A stretch of DNA of 64,000 nt from Octopus bimaculoides. Lineage: Eukaryota. Each line of letters opens with the position of its first letter. Position 1 is the stretch's first letter. The position numbers and the translations under genes are program-made. Below the pieces are notes generated by a model. That model worked only from the letters and a program-made list of their open reading frames with translations. It ran no database searches and was not told where the DNA came from. Location: NCBI RefSeq assembly GCF_001194135.2, contig NC_068982.1:74111240-74175239 (forward strand). The letters are read 5' to 3'. Shown here piece by piece: positions 25,801 through 39,549 of the stretch.

Positions 25801-28800
25801 TGATCTGTTGAATGTGTTAACTAGAGTATGGTACAAGAGCCATTTCCTCTCTTTGATGTTGTTTCCTCATCACAGAACTGTAAGGTAGGCAAGTCACACA
25901 AGTTGCCTCTGCGGAACAAAAGGTAAAATTGATCTTCAATAAAATTCATAGAAAATAAGCTTTTTAAGATTTGCTTTAATGTTCAAAACAGAAATATTTA
26001 TTCATCTGCCACATTAAATGCAGGCATTGATTTAGTAACAATTGGGTGAACTTTACATATATATTCATTTCAAATTTTGGCACCAGGCCAGCAATTTCAG
26101 AGGAAGGGAAAATGGATTACGTTGACCCCAGTGCCCAACTGGTACTTATTTTATTGACCCCAGAAAGATGTAAAACAAAGTCGACCTTGGTGGTATTTGA
26201 ACTCAGAAGGTGAACTCTGGTGGCATTTGAACTCAGAAGGTGAAGTCTGGTGGTATTTGAACTCAGACGAATGAAATGCTGCTAAGCATTTTACCTGGAT
26301 GCTAGTAATTCTACCAGCTTGCGACCTTAACTTTAAATATATTGACTTCACTTGGCTAACTACAGTCTGGTTTGTTGTTGAACTTTGATTATTTCTGATC
26401 TAGCAGACTTATTAAATATGTTTCAGACCTAAATCATCAGCATCATCATTTGTACATATCTCGGACTACATTATCCACGATGTGGACAAAATAGGTTTTA
26501 GCTTCTATTTCTAGTAGGTGTCAAGCAATCACATAATGGTTCCTTTACTGTCTTTTGTAAATAGATGAGAGGCATCATTAGTTGAGTGTGTGAGCTGACC
26601 CAAATATTTTTCTGTTTAACTTTTCATTTTCATCATTTTGTTTCTTTTTTTTTTATCCTTGCAGCTTTCTACCGATGTAGATTTAAGAACATTTGTAAAA
26701 CTGAACCTTGCTATTGTATATTTACGAACAAATAGACAAACAGATTTAATAAGTCTTCTGGAAACAGTAGTTTCACCCCAGAAGGTTTCTCCTTCCACGT
26801 AAGTTATATTTTTCAACTGTTCTTTATTTCCATAAGCATAAATTTTAGTTAATGAGTTTTTATCTCATAAAGCTAGTAAACATTTAAATACAAAATAATC
26901 GTAAAATTGTTGTTTTCAACACCTGACTTGAATTGTTATGAATTATGTAGCCCAACATTAATCCCTACATTCAGTTCTTCCATCCCAGAATGTCAGAGCT
27001 GTCTGGAACACTCTCCCTGCTCATGTCTTTTGTGCAGATTTTGAATTACAAAGGTTCAAGAGGAGTATTAAACCTTTTGTTATCACATTTCTGTTGAAAT
27101 ACAATGCCTTTGCTTCAATTGATTTTGAAAATAATAAAGAATTTAGTAAAATAAATTTGTCATTATTAAGCTGGTATCTGGAACATTAAGATTAACATGA
27201 AATTTGGATGGAAGGTTTTTGTTTAGATCACCTTAAAATAAGAAGTTTATATCTTAGAACCAGGCCAGTCTTGGGTGAGTTGGTGTTAAAAGGGTTAGCT
27301 TGGAATTTAAATGAAGGACAGTTGTAATGTTGATTGTTTAACAAGATGGCAATCAGGTGCATAACAGTGGCCAAACACATTTGTTCTTGCGAGTCACTGC
27401 TTTGATGGTGTTTATCTTGCTCGAATATGTATTGTTTTCAACACAAGTCTATGGAAAAAGTTTATCTTAGACAATTACACAGCATCAGGCCTTCTAATGG
27501 TGTATATACATATACTATGATATATATACATGGCAATTTTAATTTAATGCTATAATCATTTTCTCCTCCTCTCCTCTTCATCCCCTTCTCCTCTTCATCC
27601 CCTCCTCTCCTCTTCATCCCCTCCTCTCCTCTTCATTCCTCCTCCTCCCTCCTCCTCTCCTCTTCATTCCTCCTCCTCTCCTCTTCATCCCTCCTCCTCT
27701 CCTCTTCATCCCTCCTCCTCTCCTCTTCATCCCTCCTCCCTCCTTTGTTTTATATAGCTGTCATTAATTATTTCTTAATGTGCTGTTTCTAGAGATAGAA
27801 GGTTGTCAACAGACAGTGAAGTAATGAGCCGAATCGGGTATGTATAATAACCATCTTATTGGAATAAAAATTATATTAAAAGTTGTAATGACAGAATATT
27901 GTTTTGAGAAGATCTTTAAGCAATGCAGATGAAGTTAGGTACAATATATAAGAGATGTCAATAAATGAAGACAAAGACAAGCTATTGTATTACCTTGAAT
28001 AAGTTGTTCAATAATGTTCTTATTACATATTGGGAGTGATTTCCCTTATCAAATGTAAGAGAGAAAATAATCCAAGAGTTCAGAGAAAAAGTCTATTACC
28101 AGTAGGCCATTCTGGTGTGTTTATGAGGCTTCAAGCAAATTAGTTATCTGAAGGATTTTGTATTTTCTAGTTCAGCATGGATGTAAATTGAGTTAACTTG
28201 TATACATGGAATCAAAAAGGGATTGTCTTAAAAATATAAAATAAACTGTAAATAAAAGTAATTTTTCTAGAGGCAACTATAAACTTTTTGGAGACAGTTA
28301 TTGACAATACAGTTCTGTATTTAAGAGATGAGGAATTATGTACATTATTTACAATTGACGGATATTTGTCCTCATCTTGCTTGTTGTTAACCCATGTTCG
28401 AAATTTCCCCAAGACACCTGATGAAGGCTGGAGGGTATATCAGCCAAAACATTATGTTAACAACAAACAAGATGAGGTCAAATATCCGTCAATTGTAAAT
28501 AATGTAAATAAAGTTATTGACAAGTCTATTTCGTATCATTTTCAGAAAAAAAAAATTATTGTTGAGGTTTTAAAAATTTGTTTTATATTCTATCTAACCC
28601 TTTAGCATTCACATTATTCTATCAAAAGTAATGCTTCATGCATAATTTTGTAGCTCTAAGATTTTGATGAGGTAACTTAATTTTTAGAATGACATTGTAG
28701 AGTTGGTGTAAGAGGCCAGAGCTGGCCAGTTTGAGCATAAAACGGGTGGAATATTTTGGAAAAAAAAATATTTTAGATTAGCTTAATATGCTCATGTACA

Positions 28801-31800
28801 AAAATGGATTTAAAATATTAATTAAAAACATTGCTGGATGACTGTAAAATTCACATTGGTAAGAAAGAAACACATATAAGAAAGTGAATGAATAGATTTT
28901 AAGTGCCTCAGTAATGCAACCCAATGCCCCCGCAAAGAAGCCTTTGGTGTTTCTTGAAATTAACTTTTCTCAAGATTAATTTTTGCTTCACTGTTTCTTT
29001 CATCTATTTGTTCTTGATAAAATTTGCCTTAATCTTATTTTCAGCTCGCACAGTTTACGGGCTTCTGCATTTTATGTTCGTGGATTGCAGGCATTCTTTC
29101 AGGCAGGCTATAATGAAGCCAAGTAAGTAATGTTGTTTAAAATGAAACTTGTGGTTTTAGCCTTTAGGATTCAGATAACTCTGTCATATGCAATGCTTAT
29201 TTATTGACTTTGTTTTTAATAAATCATGCATTATCTTGAAGCTTTGAGTTTTTGACAATGTGATTGTTTAGTTTTAGAATGACTTTGTAGGATAGTGTGA
29301 GAGGCCAAATCTGGCTGGTTTGAACATAAAACAATATTTGGGCTGAATATGGCTGGTTTAAACGCTAAAAGGTTTTAAAAACAGTATTTTAAAGGGAAAA
29401 AAAGCATGAAAAATGATTACTTCCCAAGTTAATTGGCTGTGTTAATTATTTATTTTCTGCTGTATCAAAATTTTGGCTTGGTTTCTACAGCTGGATGCCC
29501 TTCTTAATGCCAACCACTCTACAGAGTGCACTGGGTACCTTTTATGTGTCACTGACTTGGGTGCCCTTTACATGTCACTGGCGCTGGCCATGATCACGAT
29601 TTCACTTAGTTTGATGTGTCTTCCTAAGCACAGCAAATTGCAAGAAGTCTTGGTCTCTTTGTGAGATTCAACAAGTGAAGATCATATTTCACCAACTCAT
29701 CTCTCATATTCCTCATAGAGATCATTAAGGTCAATGGATTAAGTAGAATGAGTGACAAACAAAATAAGTTCCTACATTTAGTTTCATACCTTCATGTTAT
29801 AATGCCAGTTCTCTTAATGTGCATCATTAATTTTTTTTAATGTATGACTGTGAGACCTTATTTTTATATAGGCTTTGTGGTTATATAAGCAATTAACAGT
29901 AATGAGGTTTTGTGTTTATAAAAGCGATTAATACTCATGAAGTGTTTTGTTTATATATATAAGCAATCAATATTGATGTTTAATCTTTGTAGAAATAAAT
30001 ATGTGGTATGTTGAATTGAGTTTGTGACTGTGATCAAGAGAAGTTCACCACACAATTCCCTATTTTCTCAAACTATTGTTTTAAAACTATCTTCTTTTTG
30101 GTTGAATTTGCTTTAAAATCAAAGATAAAAATAGAATGGTTATAAAATTTAGGGTACTAGATTACTTATTGATTGGTCAGGAGGTAATATTTTATTATCC
30201 TTTGTAGCATACTGCTCAACAAGGTACATAACTCTTGTTCCACACTGATTAAAAAAAAAAATACCCTCAAATCTGTCTTGCTTCTTCACAGTTAAATTTT
30301 TGATAGTAGGAAATATCTTCAACTGTAAAAACAATTATTCCAACTTAAAAAAAAAAAAAAGAATCTGTTTATGCAGGTATTGGAAAATGGATGTAAAATA
30401 GTAAAAAAAAAAGATAAGTTGAAAGTTTATATTTTCTAGACATGAAGTGTGCTGTGGTGATGTAAAATTATTGTAGCTAATCACCATAGATAATTTAGAA
30501 CTTGACTTTAATCTGTTCTTTTAACCATTTTCTTTCATTTATTTCATTTGGAGAAAGGCATGAATGTCATATAATTGTTTGCTCTTCCCTATAAATTTTA
30601 ATATTTATGACTTTTTCTCAACTCATATTCTTCATACACTTGCAGTCCCTCTAACTGTCACAGCTATTACGAGGTTAGATAAATCATTTTGTCATAGTTC
30701 AAAGCAGGTCTAGAAAATTGAAATTGAAGAAATTTAAAGAAAAAGTTGCATAGAACTTGCATTTGTTTTTGTTTACTTCATACAACGTTCATAAAAATCA
30801 TTGGTTATCATGAAGCATTATTTCATTCTTTTTAGAAGTGATCATCTGCATGACATAACCTCTGGCTTATTAAACATTTTATGAAGTGAGACATTTCATC
30901 AAAGATGGAAAACGTCTGGAAGAAATTCATAGAATATGCTTTTCTTTTCCCTACTTAGAATGGTAGTAGGCAGCGAGCTGGCAGAATCGTTAGCACGCCA
31001 GGCGAAATGCTTAGTGGTATTTTGTCTGCCGTTACGTTCTTTGCCTTTCATCCTTTTGGGATCGATAAATTAAGTACCAGTTACGCACTGGGGTCGATGT
31101 AATCGACTTAATCCGTTCGTCTGTCCTTGTTTGTTCCCTCTATGTTTAGCCCCTTGTGGGCAATAAAGAAATAAGAATGGTAGTAGTTAAGTGGGAAAAT
31201 TGATAAAAGTATTGTAGTTATTCTCTTCTTGTATTTGGTTTTGTTAACCTGTATTTCTTTATCTCTGTATTTTTTCTTCAGACGCTACCTACGCGAGACG
31301 CTGAAAATGGCCAATGCTGAAGACTTAAATCGTTTAACATCATGTTCACTGGTTTTATTAGGGCATATATTTTTATCATTAGGAAATAGCAGGGTAAATA
31401 TAATTTGGCTTCATTATTTTCTGTTATTTTTGTTCTTTTGCTATTTTTGAAAATTTATTCCACTTTTTCTGTTTACGGTCTTTTGACATTTTTTTATATC
31501 ATGATTGGTGTACATTATTTATTGTCAGGGATTACAAGTAACTGACAGATCAATCATTGGTTCACTGTATTTATGTTGGTGGCAGTGATAAGGGATTGTA
31601 ATATACTGATAATATACTAGTGTCACTCAGTTGCTGATATTTTATCACTACTATTTTTAAAAAAGAAAAACAGTATGAACATGTGGTTCCCCTAATGGGT
31701 ACAGCTATTACAAGGGAGATAATTATTTTGTCATTATATAAAATGGGATTAGAAACTTGAAATTGAAATTATGGAAATTTCAGGAAAAAATTGCAAAGAA

Positions 31801-34800
31801 TTCACTTATTTTAGGCGCAGGAGTGGCTGTGTGGTAAGTAGCTTGCTTACCAACCACATGGTTCCGGATTCAGTCCCACTGCGTGGCACCTTGGGCAAGT
31901 GTCTTCTACTATAGCCTCGGGCCAACCAAAGCCTTGTGAGTAGATTTGGTAGACAGAAACTGAAAGAAGCCTGTCGTATATATGTGTGTGTGTGTATATA
32001 TATATATGTTTGTGTGTTTGTGTGTCTGTGTTTGTCCCCCCACCATCGCTTGACAACCGATGCTGGTGTGTTTACGTCCCCATAACTTAGCGGTTCGGAA
32101 AAAAGAGGCCGATAGAATAAGTACTAGGCTTACAAAGAATAAGTCCTGGGGTTGATTTTCTCGACTTAAGGCGGTGCTCCAGCATGGCCGCAGTTAAATG
32201 ACTGAAACAAGTAAAAGAGTAAATGAGTTCTTTAACTTTTTTTTACTTAATATGAATTTCTTGAAATTCTTATAAAAACAACAGGATGAGTCAGCAAGGC
32301 TGCTCAACCTGCTAGAAATAGTTAGTAAAATTTCTTCTTGTCTTAATGAAGTACAAGGATAATGTAGTCTGAGATGTGGAAAGTCATGTCTAGAGTCTCT
32401 ATGAATATGATGCAGCTGGATCAGAGTGGATCTGGGTTCAACAGCAACAAATAAAGCTGTGACTAATCAAAAGAAGTCAGTATGTTTGAAGTTTACAAAA
32501 TGTTACTAAATCAGTGCCAGTGTTTTATGTGGCAAACAAATCTTAAGATGTTAGTTTTGTATAAATCTTATTGAGGTCCAACTTTGCCTTTCATTCTACC
32601 CAAAATCAATAAAATAAGGATCTATCATACACAGAAGTTGATCCAGTCAGCAATACCCACCCCCGTTTTTACCCATATAAGAAATCTTGACTTATAATGT
32701 CTGCTTTCTGTCTCTTCTTTTAACCTTTTCTGCTGAGTTTAAGGCTGTGAGCTGGCAGAATTGGTACCACGCTAGGCAAAATGCCTTGTGACATTTTGTC
32801 TGTCTTTACATTCTGAGTTCAAATGCCACTGTGGTTGACTTTGCCTTTCATCCTTTCAGGATTGATAAAATAAATCACTGGGGTTGATGTAATTGATTGC
32901 TCCCTTCTACCAAATATGCCTATAATATGAAAGATTATTATTATTATTGTTGTTGTTGTTGTTGTTTTGATTCAAATTCTGGTCGAAAGCCAGTGATTTT
33001 AATGGGGAAAGGGAAATTTGTTACATTGATCCTGAAAAGATGAAAGGCAAAGCTGACCTTGGTGGTGTTGGAACTCAAAACATAGAACTGGAAGAAATGC
33101 TGCTAGGTATTTTGTCTGATGTACTAACAACTTTATCAATTTGTCTTTATCATCATTGTTAGAAGAATCATTAGCATGTCAGAGAGAATTTTTAGTGGTA
33201 TTTCTTCCAGCTCTTTATGTTCTTAGTTCAAATTCTGCTGAGATGATGTTTAAGAAAGAACTAATAGAACCCAAAATTTCATCCCAGACAAATCCAAACA
33301 GTAAAGCCCTACTTTAGTTATCCATTTCTTCTATATATTTCTCTAGGAATAGTTCTCTCTGCTATCATCTGCTATGTTTATTTTCTGTTGCAGGAAGCCA
33401 TGAACATGGTAACTCCAGCCATGCAGTTGGCTGGTAAAATCCCGGATGTACATGTTCAGCTCTGGGCCTCTTCATTACTCAAAGGTAATTTTACATGTTT
33501 TAATTAAGTTTGTATTACCTAATGAGGGAAGTTACTCTTTCCAGTTTTCTTTACCTTCTCCCTATTGTTTTTTTTTCTTTGTTTTGGTTTACTTATATTT
33601 TTCTGTGGTGTCCAAACATCTTTATGCTCTGACATCTTGTCAGCTATGTCTCTATCTTCTTCCCAGTGTGGTAGCCATATATCTCCTCTAAAGCAAGACA
33701 CCTCTAGTTGTTCCACACCTCCCATAAAGCCACCTACCCTTGTAGGCTTTTCCTTTGTCTTGCAAGTTACTTGATGACTTTAACTCATACTGATCACACA
33801 GGAAAAATCACCCAATACACTCTGTAAAGTGGTTGGCATTAGGAAAGGCATCCAGCTGTAGAAACCAGGCCAAACCAGACACTGGAGTCCAATGCAGTCA
33901 TCTGGCTTATTGGATCCTGTGAAAACATCCAACCCATGCCAGCATGGAAGACATGCATTGAATGGTGATGTTAATATATTTTGGATCATTGCCACCGCAT
34001 TCATTCATTTATCTATTTAATATCTAACTTCCCATTCTAGTATAGACTTTCATCATTTTAACCCTTTTGATAGCAATCCACTCATGACTACCCTTGGTTC
34101 CATGATACAAATTTCCTGTCTAAAAGATACCTAGATTAAAGCCTTTTTTTTCCAAACACCAGCTAAATAACAGCAAAGTTGTTTTACTAATTTAATTGAA
34201 ACATTGACAGTGTATTTAAAAAATAGTGTTAATACCTCTTTTTCCACTTTGGCATGAGTTGTACAAATTTGAAATAAAATCTCTTTCTATATATTGTGAT
34301 TTTAAACAGAACAATCATATGATGTTTACTTTTAAACCTTGTCAGAACAATTCACAACTATGAACCACTGTCATGTAGATATGAAATGTGTTATGTTTCA
34401 GCATTCTGGCTCTTGTCCTGTCATCATTGTAACACGATTCTGCCATAAGCTCCAGGATTTTAAACATTTGGTCCCAATTTTAAAGCTGGCGAAGAATTTA
34501 TTGAGGAAGATATGGCTGCAATATTGAGAGACAATGTGATTTGAAGTAATATTTGTTGTTGGGTTACTCTTGTGTTAACCTTGATTGAGCACAGCTATGA
34601 TAGACATAAAGATACTTGATCAAACAGTTGTGCTCCACTGATCCATATCTTCTATACAGGTAGCATCTGCCTAGCTGAAAAATCCCATGTTAATCATATG
34701 GATGTTGTGTGACAGTCTAGACATCGTTGTGGTAGTGTTGATGATGATTGTGTTGCTATTTCTAATTACTGTTGATGTGCTTAATTTCATACTGTTTTTT

Positions 34801-36724
34801 TTTCTTCTGTATTGTAGACCTATATCGTTTGTGTGGGGACCAGGTAAAAGAGGCCGAAGGTTACAGGATGCACACCAGCTTTTCTCAAGATCTCCTTAAA
34901 GATCATTTTCAGTCATCACAGTTATCTGAACATGGCTTAATACAAGTAAGTATGAATAAAAGCACTCATGCTCACAAGTGCTTAAACATAACTATGGCTT
35001 AGGCACTTCACCACACATTTTTTATTTTTTTTATTAGTTTCTGTGACCCTTCAAGCCTGATTGAGAATGATGTTTATTTTCAGCATCTAGTGTTGGGTAC
35101 ATGGAGTGTGGCCAATGGAGATTAATGAAAGAGGAGCTGTAGGGTTAGCGGGATGTAATTTTCTGGTTCAGAGGAGCAGATATTGTTTTGTCAGGGTTAG
35201 AAGAGGCAGAGATAATAAAAGAAAATGTTTGTGAATCATAGCACCGCCCTTGCTAAATCAGTTTTTGGATATGATGGATGTTTGTGTGAGTATGGAGTAG
35301 CATCACTGTATCAAATATGTGGTTGATAACGGCAATGTAGTATATCTGTGGAGCTGTAGTAATGTTCCAGATACATGAATAGTAGTGTGTGTGTACAGCC
35401 TTATCTTAACATCATGTGATGATTGTAAATGTGTATCATTGTGTTACAAAGCAATGTTTGTTTCTAGTTTTCTGTGAAAAATGCTTGGAAACAGATGAGG
35501 GTTGGCAACAGGAAGGGCATCTGGCCATAGAGAATCTATCTCCAGAAATTCCGCCTGGAAAAGGCATGAAAAAGTAGATGCTAAATGATGCTGTTAATAA
35601 TATTCTAATGTCAGTGTGCATACTCGACAGAGTGTTAATACCTTGAGAGAAAAGTTGGGCCTAAGAAGTATGAGTTGTGGTGTGCAAGAGAGACGATTGC
35701 GCTGGTATGCTCATGTGGCGAGAATGGATGAGGATAGCTGTGTGAAAAACTGCCACAGCCTAGCAGTTGAGGGTACCTGTGGAAGAGGTCGACCCAGGAA
35801 GACCTGGGATGAGGTAGTGAAGCACGACCTTCGAACTTTAGGCCTCACCGAGGCAATGACTAGTGACCGAGACCTTTGGAAATATGCTGTGTGTGAGAAG
35901 ACCTGGCAAGACAAGTGAGACCATAACCCGTGGCCTTTACCAGGGGTGTAGCCAGCCCACTTATGCGTACCTTTCCTTCTTTGGACACAAATCCCTGCTT
36001 GCGAAGACCTGTTGAGGCAAGTGAAATCGAAATCGAACCAAATTCGGCGACTGGCACCCATGCCAACCTTCTTTCATTGGACACTAAACNNNNNNNNNNN
36101 NNNNNNNNNNNNNNNNNNNNNNNNNNNNNNNNNNNNNNNNNNNNNNNNNNNNNNNNNNNNNNNNNNNNNNNNNNNNNNNNNNNNNNNNNNNNNNNNNNNN
36201 NNNNNNNNNNNNNNNNNNNNNNNNNNNNNNNNNNNNNNNNNNNNNNNNNNNNNNNNNNNNNNNNNNNNNNNNNNNNNNNNNNNNNNNNNNNNNNNNNNNN
36301 NNNNNNNNNNNNNNNNNNNNNNNNNNNNNNNNNNNNNNNNNNNNNNNNNNNNNNNNNNNNNNNNNNNNNNNNNNNNNNNNNNNNNNNNNNNNNNNNNNNN
36401 NNNNNNNNNNNNNNNNNNNNNNNNNNNNNNNNNNNNNNNNNNNNNNNNNNNNNNNNNNNNNNNNNNNNNNNNNNNNNNNNNNNNNNNNNNNNNNNNNNNN
36501 NNNNNNNNNNNNNNNNNNNNNNNNNNNNNNNNNNNNACTCTGCCAGATCAGATTGGAGCTTGGTGCAGCCATCTGGTTCGCCAGTCCTCAGTCAAATCGT
36601 CCAACCCATGCTAGCATGGAAAGCAGACGTTAAACGATTATGTATGTATGTATGTATGTGTGTGTGTGTGTCTGTGGTAGCAATACTGCCTTGGATATGT
36701 GAGCAGTATTCCAAAGCTCTCTGT

Positions 36725-36761
<37 letters not shown>

Positions 36762-38855
36762 CATCACTACTCACTCAGCTGTTGTAATTATGAGAATATA
36801 ACTATACATATTTGATGTGCAATGTCAGTGTACATGTGTGACAGTGCTGAGGGAAATGTTGTATTGAGGGAAATGTTGGGGATAAGATGAATTAAATGCA
36901 GTGTGCAAGAGAGAAGACTGCACTTGTTTGGTTATGTGATGCATATGTATGTGGACACTTGTATACAGAAGTGCTGATCACTTAAAATGGATGGATCTTG
37001 TGGAGGAGGGAGACTCAGGAAGACTTGGGATGAAGTATTGAAAGCCGATCTCAAGACACTGCACCTTACAAAGGAGATGACTAAGGGACTGAGATATCTG
37101 ATGCATTGCTGTACTCAAGAAAACACATCCACCATGGCAGAATTAATACTACTGCTGGTGCCACATAAAAGGCTCCTGATACACTCTGTGGAGTGGTTGA
37201 CATTAGAAAAGACATCCAGCTGTAGAAACCATGCCAGAACAGAAATTGCTTAGATGGTGAGTAGGGCATGCTGGGCCAGCTATAATTGGTCTAGTTGTAA
37301 ATCTTTTGGATATAGCACTTTTATGTATTCACTTCCTTGTTCTTTTACTGCCTGTTGAATATCTTCTGACTTATGTATTTTAGGTAAGCTGTAAAAGTTA
37401 CTGGGTTTTGGTTCGAAATTGGTGATGTAGTCTCTTTCGTTGTCAGTGAGTGAGTTGTAATGTTTAGAAACTAGGTGGTTGATCTTCATGATGTGGTGGT
37501 CTATATTCGAGGGTATTTCACAATAGAAGGTTGTATCCTTTAGTTGCTCCTCAACTAAATCCTTGTAGTATTCCACATCTATGATAACGATTGCACCCCC
37601 TTTATCTGCTTGTTTAATTATTATTGTTTCATCGTTTTATATGCGTTTAAGTGCAGATATCTCTGATTTGTTAATGTTCGGCCTAACTTTGGTATTTTGT
37701 TTTAGGGGGAAGTTTGATAGGGTGTCAATNNNNNNNNNNNNNNNNNNNNNNNNNNNNNNNNNNNNNNNNNNNNNNNNNNNNNNNNNNNNNNNNNNNNNNN
37801 NNNNNNNNNNNNNNNNNNNNNNNNNNNNNNNNNNNNNNNNNNNNNNNNNNNNNNNNNNNNNNNNNNNNNNNNNNNNNNNNNNNNNNNNNNNNNNNNNNNN
37901 NNNNNNNNNNNNNNNNNNNNNNNNNNNNNNNNNNNNNNNNNNNNNNNNNNNNNNNNNNNNNNNNNNNNNNNNNNNNNNNNNNNNNNNNNNNNNNNNNNNN
38001 NNNNNNNNNNNNNNTATTGGTGGTGAAGAATTCCACAAGTCGTAACTTGCGACAGAATTTCTGGATATCTTCCTTTAGTTCATGGTGGTTGACTGTTGAT
38101 GTAGGTGTAAATTTCAGGCCTTTTAACAGAAGTTGGGTTTTATCATTGTCAAGATCTCTTCTGGAAAGATTAATTATCTTAGGATCTATATGTCCAGTTG
38201 TTTTGGGTATGTTTCCTCTTGGGATGTTTCTTTCTCTGGTGTTTGTTGTCCTGACATTAAAAAATGAATTTTTTTTTTCTGTTTGTGGTTTCTATTTTTG
38301 TTGGTGTTGACTTAAAGTTTGTGTTTTCGTTGTGTTATTTTACCTGGCGTTGTTATGTTTTCCGTCCTATTTTCAGAATTATACATCTTCCTTTTCAATT
38401 TGTTAGTATTGGTTTTAATGATCTGAGAGGATGGTCTAGTATTGTGTCTGGTTCTAGGTCGGTTTTTTGCCCAGTTTTTTGTAAGTTGTCTTTGTTGAGG
38501 CTTTGAAAATGATCTGTCGTTCCTACGTCTAATGGTCTGATCAGAGAAATATTTATTTTGTTCATGTTCTTTGTTTATAATGTGTACATTAGGGTCTTTG
38601 CGTACAAAAAGAGAAGAGTTCTTACTGTAGTTCCTCTTTGATTCCTGGTGGAATGGGCGTTCATGTTGCCTCATGCTCTGGCTTTTGTTACGTTGGTGAA
38701 ATTGTTCTTTTTTACTGTTATTTCTCTGGGTTCTAAATTCTTTACCGTAGTTGGTAGAATATTTATCCAGGAACAGTTGTTTCTGCTGCCATAATTTTCT
38801 TAATTTGTTCTCTTCTCTGGAGATATCTTTTTATATTTTAAAAAATTTTTATTCA

Positions 38856-38891
<36 letters not shown>

Positions 38892-39515
38892 AATTTGCAC
38901 GAAGCGTAATGATGCTTAATAAGCATCTACCTGCTAGAAATAAGAGCTAAGTCTTAAATTAATCCACCGTAGCGCACCAATATAACAGAAAAACAGTATG
39001 CGAGGAAAACAAAGAATTAAAACATTTAAACAGCACAAATAAAAATATTATGCAATTAGGGATATCCATAAACNNNNNNNNNNNNNNNNNNNNNNNNNNN
39101 NNNNNNNNNNNNNNNNNNNNNNNNNNNNNNNNNNNNNNNNNNNNNNNNNNNNNNNNNNNNNNNNNNNNNNNNNNNNNNNNNNNNNNNNNNNNNNNNNNNN
39201 NNNNNNNNNNNNNNNNNNNNNNNNNNNNNNNNNNNNNNNNNNNNNNNNNNNNNNNNNNNNNNNNNNNNNNNNNNNNNNNNNNNNNNNNNNNNNNNNNNNN
39301 NNNNNNNNNNNNNNNNNNNNNNNNNNNNNNNNNNNNNNNNNNNNNNNNNNNNNNNNNNNNNNNNNNNNNNNNNNNNNNNNNNNNNNNNNNNNNNNNNNNN
39401 NNNNNNNNNNNNNNNNNNNNNNNNNNNNNNNNNNNNNNNNNNNNNNNNNNNNNNNNNNNNNNNNNNNNNNNNNNNNNNNNNNNNNNNNNNNNNNNNNNNN
39501 NNNNNNNNNNNNNNN

Positions 39516-39549
<34 letters not shown>

